From the human T2T-CHM13v2.0 reference genome, Homo sapiens: a stretch of DNA of 64,000 bases. The notes under the pieces were generated by a model. The model was given only the letters and a program-made list of their open reading frames with translations, had not been told where the DNA came from and did not search any database. Every line of letters starts with the position of its first letter. Position 1 is the first letter of the stretch. This document shows, in pieces, positions 34,138-44,900 of this stretch. The DNA lies in assembly GCF_009914755.1 (NCBI RefSeq), contig NC_060928.1. One strand, given 5' to 3'. Position numbers and translations under genes: made by a program.

Positions 34138-35207
34138 AAGCAAATAAAAGTTTATCTACATATCTGCCTATCATCCTATTTATCTGTCACTCCACACACA
34201 TATTATTATTCAATGATGAAAACACCTGAATATGCATTCAGGGGTCCAGGAAATGGCAAGAGTTTATCAATTGGGTATCAGATGGTGGTGGTATAAATGC
34301 TCCTGCTATGTTCTAGAGTGACAGCAGTGGGACAGCCTGAGACAGGGTAGAGCTTGGTACATCAGAGCTGAAAACTAACTCCTGAGAAAGTGGCCAGGAT
34401 CCCTAACCCTGGAGGATGCCAAAAATCTAACAAGATGCCTCATCTGGTTAGGAAGATAGAACAAGAACCAAGTGATATAGGACATTAAAAGCATTTTTAA
34501 TGGATGATATAGTGATTCGCATTTAATAATATTCATTAAATATTTGTTAAATAAATAATATGCATGAGGAAAAGTCAGAAATGCTAAATTGTTATAACCC
34601 TGCTGTTATGCCTCTCAATGTCTGGAAGAGTATACACATATAGAACATTACCAAAAAGAACAGTCTTATCAGAATCCTATCATGAGCACAGAGTTCAGCA
34701 GGTAAAAAACATTTCTTTCCCGCCTACGTTACACAGGCTGGTGTGTACCCAGAAGCTCTGTCTTCCGTATTCCTTCTCAGCCCCTACCTCACCTCCCACA
34801 TATTCCAGCCTCGCCCTGCCAGATGACCCACCATTCTGGTGTCTTTTGTGGGCAAGGTCCTTTGAAGTCGACTTTTTGTTCCATTTTCCAGTGCAATGAT
34901 GGATTCTCAAATTCTTCAGAAGGCTGAACCTAACTAAAAAACAAAACTCTTTATAGATAATTGATAATAGCTCTAACCCATTTTTAAGCTAAAAGACTCC
35001 TCCTAAATAACGATGTGTAAATAGAAATAGAGAAGCCTGCTCTGCCAACTATAAAAACTGAAGAAAGTTACTCTTTCTAAAGGAGTAATGACTAGATTAA
35101 GATATTTCTATAATTTTAAAAATCTAGACCTCCTATGTGCAAAGCAGTTTCACTGTGCACTAGTTATTATTTCAGCCCACTGCATCCCGGGCTGCACCTG
35201 TACTACT

Positions 35208-35955
35208 TGTGGGAGTCCAGTGAGACAAAACACTCACACATGTTAAGAAGGTACATGCAGGTCGAGTGCAGTGGCTCCTGCCTGTAATCCCAGCACTTTG
35301 AGAGGCCGAGATGGGCAGATCACCTGAGGTCAGGAGTTTGAGATCAGCCTGGCCAACATGGCGAAATCCCATCTCTACTAAAAATACAAAAATTAGCTGG
35401 ATGTGGTAGCACATGCCTGTAATCCCAGCTACTCAGGAGGCTGAGGCAGGAGAATCGCTTGAACCCAGGAGTGCAGGCTGCAGTGAACCAAGATCGCACC
35501 ACTGCACTCCAGCCTGGGTGACAGAGTGAGACTCCATCTCAAAAAAAAAAAAAAAAAAAAAAAAGAAGTTACATGAAGCATATTTATTACTCACAGATAG
35601 TCAGCAAAGGACAACAAAAGCCTAGGATTCACGATGAGCCAGTCCCCCAAGACTCAAGAAAGCTACCCAAGGCTGATGGAGTCTCATCTCCATGTGCCCC
35701 ACTTAAAATGCAGCTGAAGGACCCCAGGAAGCAGCCCATTCTGGGTTTTATACCCTGGCAGCTACAGGACGCAGTGGGCTAAAGTGTTGGAGGGCATTCT
35801 GTTTCTAGGGCTGACTGAGCCGTTGTGGCCAATTCCTCCTTATCTCAGGCTACTGCATTCCTAGCACATTCTACGATTATTCTTGAGAACTACATGTGAG
35901 AAAGGAGGGAGAACTGGGCCAGTCCAAGGCCACCTGGAGAACTTTCCTGACTACA
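35208..35955 (-). mobile_element. Solo LTR (subfamily uncertain) interrupted by Alu
   Basis: TGTGGGAG..start, TTTATT and TTTATA signals on the minus strand, ends ..CTACA. Confidence 0.55.
35270..35562 (+). mobile_element. Alu (AluSx/Sz-like)
   Basis: Alu dimer; TSD AAGAAG(G/T)TACATG. Confidence 0.95.
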
Positions 35956-36324
35956 TATGTACTGTCCTGAGGGTAGAAGAACACAATTAAATCCAATGTG
36001 TCAAGGGTAGTCAAGTATTAATATATCATTCCATACTTTGACTCATGCTATATCTTCTTCCTAGGGCAGAGAGCTCATAAATGGTCACTACATTAAAGCT
36101 GCAAGAGTGAGCCAGTGTTGGAATGGACACCTGTAGCCACTGGAAATGCCAGAGAATAAAAAGAATTTCAGAAATTCTCTAAGGACTCACACTCCACTTC
36201 ATTTTTCTGTTCAATACTAGATTCCACTAGTGCAACATCCTTGCCAGGGGTCCTGCAACCTCTACTGACGAACCCCTTTAGTGACATAGAGCCCCATCAC
36301 ACTGGTGCATCTTCTTTTACATCG

Positions 36325-36765
36325 TGTTAGATGCTGTGGAGCACATTGATCTCCGCCCCTTTCATCCCCGCCTTTAGGAGGCAAGCATTCATTCTTCCAC
36401 CCAGCTGGGAATGTTGACAGCTGTGATTCTCAGCTGAGTTCCTCACCAATAACTTCCTTCAGCTGAAGATAATTACCTTGCCCAAGGTTATGCCTCTTTT
36501 CTAGTTTAAATGACTGGTTAAGAGGTTACAAGGACCTTTCCCTCTTGCTTCAACTCAGAACAACTCTGAGGGACCATCTCATCTGAAGCACATGGGGTCA
36601 GCTGAGGTCTTTGTTAAGCCTGCGTTACCATTCAACAGCTCCCTCTGCCCAGTCCTTCCTTCACTCCCCTATAGTTATTGATCCTAAGTTTATTGTGATC
36701 AATAAACTTCCTATATGGAAATCTCTATCTCAGAGTCAGCTTCTCAAAAAGCCCAACTTGCATTA
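36325..36765 (+). mobile_element. ERVL LTR (LTR16-like)
   Basis: AATAAAC..AAATCTCTATCTCAGAGTCAGCTTC LTR16-type end. Confidence 0.6.
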
Positions 36766-37104
36766 TATAGTAAGTATAAATCTGCCCTCATATAAAGTCT
36801 ACTTGTCCTAATTCTAACTTCAGAATATATACTGAATAAGACAATCTCTGTTCCACATGGTGGCCTTTAAGATGTTTGAAGGCAATTACTAGATATGTGA
36901 CTTCTGGTGAGAGCGCCAACCTTTAGAGTTTGGGAGAAGAGGAACCAAAAAATGCAAAAGAACTATAGTCAGAAGAATATGGTGTCTTGGAAATTATGTC
37001 TGCATCAGAGCTGCCAAGCACTGCTAGAGATTATTTTCATCCACAGGGACTACTGGGTGGAATTGTTCATAGTCCATTGGCCATCACCATTCCTGAAAAT
37101 ACCC

Positions 37105-37679
37105 TGTATCAGTTTTCCATTGCTACATTTAAAAAATTGCCACAAACTTAGCAGTCTTAAACACACTCATTTACTAGCTCAACATATTGTAGGCCAGAAG
37201 TCCAGGCAAGCTCAACATGGTTCTCTGTTTATGGTTTTACATGGCAAAACCAAAGATTCAGCAGGACTAACCTCTTATCTGAAGGATCTGTGGAAAAATC
37301 TTCTTCCAAGCTTATCCAAGCTGTTGGCAGAATTTAGTTCCTTGTAGTTGTAGGATTGAGGTACCCTTGCCAGCAGTCAGCCAGGGGCCACTCTCTGCTT
37401 CTAGAGGCTGCCCCTCCATCTGCAAATCAGCAATGCCCCACAGAGTTCTTCTCAAGAGCATCTCTCTAACTTCCTCTTTTGCCATCAGCTGGAGAAAGCT
37501 CTCTGCTCTTCAGGGCTCATGCAATTAGATCTTTCCCACCCAGATAATCTCCCCATCTTAACATCAACTGTGCCATATAATATCAGATCATTACAGGATT
37601 GATACCTCAGCCCATTCTCAGGTTCTGAGGATTAGGGTAGAATGTCTTTTGGGGGCCATTTTAGAAATCCTGCTGACCA
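37105..37679 (-). mobile_element. MaLR LTR (MLT1E/F-like)
   Basis: TGTATCAGTTTTCCATTGCT..CCACAAACTTAGCAG..GGGGGCCATT. Confidence 0.7.
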
Positions 37680-37858
37680 GTGCCCTGAACATGCCAGACA
37701 AGTTCTTTACATTTATTACACTGGTCAGCCCTGTCTTCCTCTCACTACATCAGCGTGATCTTTTCCATGCTGTTTTCAAACCTCCATCCCTACCTGCCCT
37801 CTCATATTTAGCAGATGATCTTGTCTCCCATTTTACACACCCAAAAATAGAATCCAGC

Positions 37859-38345
37859 TGTCTTAGTTTCCTAGGGTTGTCATACCAAATTAATACAAAC
37901 TGGGTGGCACAAAATGACAGAAATTTATCTTTTCACAATTCTGGAGGCTAGAAGCCCTAAATCAAGGTGATGAAAGGGCCATGCTCTCTCTGAAGGTTCT
38001 TGGCAACAATGTGTCGCATGCCTGCTCCTAGCCTCTGGTGCTGGCAGCAATCGTTGGCATTCCTTGGCTTATAGATGAATCACTCTGATCTCTGCCTCTG
38101 CTGTCTTATGTCACTGTCTTTCTGTGTCTTCCCATTGACTTTCCTCTGTGTGTGTGTGTATGTCTCTCTTCTCCTCTCTCATAAGGACACCAGTTATATT
38201 GGATTAGGACCCACCCTAATTCAGTGTGACCTCATCTTAACTTGATTACATCTGCAAAGATACTCCTCCAAATACAGTCACATCCAGGTACCAGGGGTTA
38301 GGATTGCCATGTATATTTTGAGGGGACATGAACCAACCCATAATG
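37859..38345 (-). mobile_element. MaLR LTR (MLT1B/C-like)
   Basis: TGTCTTAGTTTCCTAGGG..ATAAGGACACCAGT..GACCTCATCTTAACTTGATTACATCTGCAAAGA. Confidence 0.75.
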
Positions 38346-39224
38346 CCCCCTGACTAGAAGACTCCATCTTCAACCATTTAACTTACAAACCTTCACACCT
38401 GCCCTGATTTGTTGTCCACAGGATACCAGAGAGCAGTAACCCCTCTTCTCTGTAAGACAACTCATTTTTCTTCCTTTTATGCTCAGCCTCTTCCTCTCAG
38501 TTATTTAATAGATTATCCTCACAGTTATTTTAACCTTACTCAAGCCTCTGACATTATAATAAGGTAAGGGAGGGAAGAATAGAGGAAGGAAGGAAGAAAT
38601 CTGCCTTAACACCATGTTAACCCATAACTAATTCTCTTCTGATGCAAACTTTGCAGAAGAGCTATTTCTGCTCTTTGCCTGCACTTCCTCCCCTCCAACT
38701 CACTCTCCCAGCTGTCTCAATACATCTCCCCACCACCACTACTCCATACAATCAGCACTCACTAATGAACTTCTTGTGCCTAACTTCAAAGGACATATTT
38801 CAGGCTTCATCATCCTTGACTTTCCAGCAGAAATATTAAGTTCCCTTTGCTTCCGTGATTTAAGTCCTTTCTTTCTCTGGCCACTTCTGTGTGTCCTTTC
38901 CAGGCATATATTCTTCTATCCTGCCATTAAATATTGCTGTCCTTCAAGACTCACTCCATTCTAAAGGCAATGACAACAACAACTAAGACTCATTCTTGGC
39001 TATCCATTCTTCATAGACCAAACCAGGGTGAATTTTTTAAAATAGCTCACCATGTCATCATGTCAGTCCTCTACTTAAAACTCTTCAATGACTTTATTTT
39101 GTTGCACTGAGGATAAAGACCATAATCTTTAAGGCAGTGTATATAATCTGGCCCCTGCTTGCCATGTATACCTAGAGACAGAAGTTTGAAAAAGAGAAAA
39201 AAAATTTAAAGATGTGCCAGAAAT

Positions 39225-40300
39225 TTCTATTATTAAAAAATCAAAAAAAAGCCAATAGATATTGGAAAGGATGTGAGGAAAAGGGAATACTTTTATACTA
39301 TTGTTGAAAATGTACATTAGTAAAATCTCTGTGGAAAACAGTATGGAAATTTCTCACAGAACTAAAAATAGAATTATAATTCAATCCAGCAATTCCACTT
39401 GTAGATATCTATTTAAAAAAATGAAATCATTATATCAAAAAGATACTTGGACTCAAATCTTTATCACAGCACTATTCACAATAGCAAAATCATGGAATCA
39501 ACCTAAGTGTTAATCAATGGATGATTAAATAAAGAAAATGTGGTATATATACACCATGGAATACTATGCAGCCATAAAAAATGAAATTATGTGTTTTGCA
39601 GAAATATGGGTAGAGCTGAAGGCCATTATCCTAAGTGAAGTAACTCAGAAACAGAAAATCAAATACCACAACTTCTCACTTATAAGTGGGAGCTAAGGGA
39701 TGGATACTGTATTAGTCTGTTCTCACACTGCTATAAAGACATACCTGAGGCTGGGTAACTTATAAAGAAAAGAGGTTTAATCACTTCACAGTTCTGCAGG
39801 CTGTGTAGGCTTCGTCTGAGGAGGAGGCTTCAGGAAACTTACAATCATGGTGGAGGGCAAAGGGGAATCAGGCAAGGTCTTCACATGGCTGGCAAGAGAG
39901 AGAGAGTGAAGGGGTAAGTGCTACACACGTTCAAACAACCAGATCTCATGAGAACTCACAATTATGAGGACAGCAAAAGGGAAATCCAACCTCATGATGC
40001 AATCACCTCCCATCAAGTCCCTCCCCCAACATTGGGGATTACAATTCAACATGAGATTTGGGTGGGAACACAGAGCCAAACCATATCAGGTACACATGGA
40101 CATAGAGAGGAGAATAATAGACACCAGGGATTCCAAAAGCAGGAAGAGTGGGAGAGGAGTGAGGATTGAAAAATGACCTATTGGGTACAATGTTCACTAT
40201 TTGGTTCATAGGTTCACTAAAAGCCCAGATTTCACCACTACACAGTATATCCATGTAACAAAACTGCACACATACCCCTTAATGTATAAAAAAGAAAAAA
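39225..40300 (+). mobile_element. L1PB/L1MA 3' end, interrupted by MST LTR
   Basis: ORF2 C-terminus remnant (IFITALFTIAKSWNQPKC) plus 3'UTR and A-rich tail. Confidence 0.8.
39708..40088 (-). mobile_element. MaLR solo LTR (MSTA-like)
   Basis: TGTATTAGTCTGTTCTCACACTGCTATAAAG...CAAACCATATCA. Confidence 0.85.
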
Positions 40301-40719
40301 ATGATGTGTCAAGAATTCTTGGACAATGCTACTGAATTAGTTTTTTCCTAACCACCTTTCATGTAGCAATGCTCAAGTATTTCCAAGAGGGTGATGGACC
40401 ACAGAAGAAAGTAAAAACAGGAGATTTATGACAGATTGGTGGGTTTGATGGATCCTAATCCACTCCCCTAGCAACAATGTGTTTGTTAAAATCTGGTACA
40501 CAGAAGACAGAAATTTATATGGTACTTGAGTAGTGTACGATGGTAGCCACTTTAACACTGTTCATATTGCAATTCAATAATTTGCCTGCATCTTTTATGC
40601 TTGAATGGCTGCTAAGCCTGCTTGTTTTCCTTTCCTGATCTATTATAATTATTTTTTAAATATGTGCAAAAATACACACACATACCTTTTCCTTTTCGAG
40701 TTAGGGTTTCCAGACTCCA

Positions 40720-40910
40720 GAAATTTTGTAAGAGCCAACACATTTCCAATTTTTCATCCACTGCAATTTTGGCAAGCATACTTTCCCTATTTTCATTAAA
40801 GTCATTAATTAAATTATCAAATAGAACTAGGTCAAGTATAGAACCCTGTAGCGAGCCAGTGAAAACAGCTCTCTCAAACTTCAAGTCAATATTGAGTTGA
40901 CCCAGGATTT
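40720..40910 (-). mobile_element. Ancient L3/CR1 RT remnant
   Basis: LQGSILDLVLFDNLINDF..MLAKIAVDEKL resembles CR1 PQGSVLGPVLFNIFINDL..KFADDTKL. Confidence 0.65.
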
Positions 40911-41811
40911 CACCTTCAGAAGCAAGCATGATCCAGGATGCAGTCACTCAACATATATGGATGCTTGAGGTCAAATCATGTACTACCTAATAGATTCTAA
41001 AGCCTCTTGACATCATTTGACCTCAAAAAGCTTTAGAATCTATTAGAGGAGATCAGTTAATTCATGATGCATTAAAAAATAGTACCAATATTCTATGAGC
41101 CTAAAACTAGGGTGGGTTTTTTCTTTTTTATAAAGGTATTTATTTCTCTAAGGCAAAAGTCTAAAAATCATTATGGAAACCATTATTGATAAAGGTCAGA
41201 AAGGATAAGGACACCTAAAATTAGTGAAAAGGTATGGCTCTGTCCTGATTTCTCTGGTAGCTGTCAATTTTTATTTAAAAATCTCTACTATGAAATGCAG
41301 AAAATTATGGTAATAATAATAATGAAGTGTGCCTCTTCTAGTCCAAGGCGAGACCTCCAGTTGTGCACTAATATACCATTTTCTCCTAACTCTGGGACTT
41401 GGCAGTACCAATGATCTCGTTTTTCTTTTGCATCATCAACCTCTCCCTCTGTAAAGGTTGTTCATCTCCAAATACATGTTGCAAATATTTTATCTTATTT
41501 TCCTTATAAGTTGCTATAAGGAAAGTATGATTGAAACAATCCAATTAATATACAAACATAAAAACATGGTGAGAATCTTTAAGTGGTAGAAGTTTCCATG
41601 TTAAATGAATTATTCTGTTATGAGATATAAGTTGTCATTGTCTAGAATAAATTTGAACGTATAGAATATTTTCTTGCCCACAAGTAGCTATAGATAAATC
41701 CTACTTTAAGAAAACGTAAGTAAATGAAGATTTATTTTGAACACGTAATTGAATAGCGGTTTATAACATCATAAACTTTTCACACAAAACATTTTTAATG
41801 TTTACTACTGA

Positions 41812-42068
41812 CTTCTTTTTCAACTGTTATTTTACATTCAGTCAGTACATGTGCAAGTTTGTTACCTGGGTATATTACCTGATGCTGAGGGTTGGGATAA
41901 GAATGATCCCACCACCCAGGTACTAAGCATAGTACCCAACAGTTAGTTTTTCAACCCTTGCTCCCCTCCCTCCTTTCCCCGTCTAGTAGTCCCCAGTGTC
42001 TATTGCTGCCATTTTTATGTCCATGAGTACAACATGTTTAGCTCCCACTTGCAAGTGAGAACATGGAC
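41812..42068 (-). mobile_element. Old L1PA 3' end fragment
   Basis: GTACATGTGCAAGTTTGTTAC..TTTAGCTCCCACTTGCAAGTGAGAACATG. Confidence 0.8.
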
Positions 42069-42365
42069 TTTTCACAAAATCTGAAGTCAGATGGAAAACT
42101 TATGTAGTAGTTTCAAACAAAAGATAAATTATTATAGTAAAAAAAAACATAGCAAATATCTGATTTACAAAATAACTATTCTCTATATAAAAGATTTGTA
42201 ATGGTCCTTTTTTAAAATGTAGGCTAACCTTGTACCCTTAAATGATAAAATATTTTGCAAAACCACTTATGTATATCTGAGAATGGTAATCTGAAATAGA
42301 TAATAATTGGAAATTATTACCCACAAATTCAGTTGCCACCAACTATTCTTCAAATCAATCTGGAT

Positions 42366-42478
42366 TTTGTTTTGTTTTTTGTTTTTAAGAGAGGGGGATC
42401 TTGCTATGTTGCCTAGGGTGGTTTTGAATTTCTAGGCTCAAGGTATCCTCCCACTTCAGCCTCCCAAGTAGGACTATA
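42366..42478 (-). mobile_element. Alu monomer (FLAM-like)
   Basis: TCTTGCTATGTTGCC..CTCCCACTTCAGCCTCCCAAGTAG. Confidence 0.75.
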
Positions 42479-43799
42479 AATCATTCTTTTCACACATTTA
42501 CATTCCCACAATGGATTGAATACATTCTGATTAAAAAATAATATATATTTATTGTAAAAAATGTAACATGGAAAACTACAAGAAAAAAAATCATTCATAA
42601 TTTTACTTCCAGATATAATCATTTTTAAGATTTGGTGCGTGTCCATCCAATCAATTTCCCAATTTTTACATAGCAACAAAAAACTGAATATACAATTTTG
42701 TCTCCTGAATATTTACTAAAGTTTAAGTCATAAATATTTTTCTTATGCCATTAAGCATTTTATTTAAACTTCCTTTTAATAAATATATATTAGATCACTG
42801 TATGAATGAACTTTAACCTACGTAGGTAGTTATATTAATTTGGGACATTTATACCTTTCATATTTTTGCTGTAATAATGTACTGCAATGAACATCACGAC
42901 CCTCACTTTTTATCATTTCCTTGGGGTTAATTTCTGAATCAAAAGACATGAACATTTTCAGATTCTTGATGCAGTGGACTCAAGAACACAGGTACAGTGT
43001 AGACCAGGGGTAAGGCAACTTACTGAAAAGAGAGGAATTAAGTAAAAGTCTATATGCTAAGAGATGGGGCCTCCATCATTCACCCTCTTAACCCACTTGG
43101 CAGCCAGAAAGACATCCCTGATTGGAGAAATGGACCTAAGAGAAAAGATCGGCAGATAATGACATTTAGAGGTCCTACAGTAAGTAGCCAAGTCCCAGCT
43201 AATTACCCTAAAGTTTAAAGTTAATCTATTACCATTTATCATTAATCTGTAATCTATAACCTATGATAGCTCACATTTTAAACTATTACGCTCCAGTTTC
43301 TCCATTTATTCTCCTTCAGTGGTTCCCCTTACCATTCTGGCCTGTTCTGACTTAGGGACAGTCTACAGTAGGAAGTCACACACGCGTCACTTTTCCCACG
43401 ATGGAAAAACCACCAAGCTAATTTTGTCTTCTCTTTGACCACAGGCCATAGAATAGTTCACTGAAATACCTAATGCCCTAGAGTAGAGACTGTCTCCTGG
43501 GGTCAAGTATATTTTAAAGCAAATAAATCCCCCCAAAAGAGAATAAAGCCACACTAGACAAGTCAGAGTCCACCTTTTATTCACTCTTGTACCTCCAAGG
43601 ACTAGAACTCGGCCTGGCACATAGCAAGTGGTAATACACATTTGCACGGACGGATGAATGTATATGGCTTCTTTAGGCTGAATTAAAACTCCCACCAAGA
43701 GCAGACAACTACCTTGCCTCTTCCCCACTCGTTTTCGGGTCTTCCACAGAGCAGCCAGAGCCTCAGAGGCCCTTGAGAGTTTCCTCCACTCCTCCCTTG

Positions 43800-44900
43800 T
43801 TTGCAGCGCTAGAAGCTGCAGGTGGTAGTTCCTACACTGGGGGCGGCGCCTGGACGCGGGTGTCCCTGGCCAAGGCGGCCTCGCTGTCCTGGAAGGGAGG
43901 GTGAAGAGCTGCATCCCGCACTAGGCGGCGAAAGAGGGCAGCGCCAAGCGGCGGGGTCCGGAGGCGCTCGACGGCTCGCGCCCAGCGCCGGAGACGGGCT
44001 GTGTGTTGGGCCAGTGGAAGACACCGGAGAAACCCAGACGTGGAAGACCGGGCAGCCTGGACTTCGCGAGCCCTGGTGGGGCTGGCGGCCCACAGAGCCC
44101 CCACCTGCCCCGAGCTCCCACAGCGAGGAGTGGCCGCGCCGCCCGCCAGTGCGCCGGGCTCCGAGACCGGCAGGGGAGCACGCGGGCGAAGGAGGGGCCG
44201 CCGTCGCTGACACCACCGCCTTCAGCCCTTGGCTTCCGCGCGTCGGAGGCTGGCACCTCCAGGTTCACCGCGGCGGCCGGAGCTGTGCGGGGGCCAGACG
44301 GTTCGGCGGGAGCCGGGGCTGGGACGTGGGTGACCTGTCGTCCGCCCCTGTAGCGAGTCTCCAGTGGGCATGTTTCAGGTGGGCAGGTCCAGCATCCCCA
44401 AACCTGCCCCCCGCAGCCTGGAGGACCTGGACTCAGTGCAGCGTGTCCTGTTACACAGGTCAGTGCAGGGCCCCGGGACGCGGGGCGAGACCGTCCTCTT
44501 GCCCCGGGAATGTTGGCGAGGGAGGGGCCGCTTTTCTTTCTGGGGTCTTTCTGGAAGCATCTGACTTGGGATTCGCCTTAGTGCGGCGCTGGCCGCGAAG
44601 GGCCGTTGGGACCTGCACCCCACCCTTTCCAGAATCGGGTGCCAGCGATCCACCCTGTCCCGCTGCCGAGACTGGCCCCGCGCGGGTCCCGGTCACCCAT
44701 CTCCTCCGGAAAACGCTACCTTAGGAAGAAGAGAAAGAAAGATTAAGCGAAGCTGTCCCTTAACACCTCCAGGCTTCTTCCAGCAAGCTAAGAGTTTTGT
44801 TTGAACTTTAGTTGTGACTGGAATGGAAAAGAGCTTCTTTTCTAACAAATCTAATTCTACCCCACCCCCCCAACACGCGCGCGCATGCGCTTGCGCCCAC
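43800..44900. promoter_or_regulatory. CpG island; candidate distal INTU promoter
   Basis: Unique GC- and CpG-dense block in AT-rich surroundings; GC-box-like CCGCCCC at ~44342; NRF1 palindrome GCGCATGCGC at 44881-44890. Confidence 0.85.
44370..44458 (+). CDS. INTU: Candidate alternative first coding exon of INTU (MFQVGRSSIPKPAPRSLEDLDSVQRVLLH, phase 2)
   Basis: GGCATG start, 89 nt, donor CAG|GTCAGT at 44459; same phase as canonical exon 1. Confidence 0.55.

Noticed and set aside
41499-41524. 10-bp stem TTTCCTTATA/TATAAGGAAA and other short AT-rich palindromes (e.g. ~42817, ~53281)
   Set aside because: Short and AT-rich; expected by chance in 64 kb
43822-44724. 300-aa ORF and several overlapping ORFs in the CpG island
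   Set aside because: Stop-poor GC-rich DNA gives long ORFs in all frames; low-complexity G/R/P/A composition, non-ATG start, no recognisable domain
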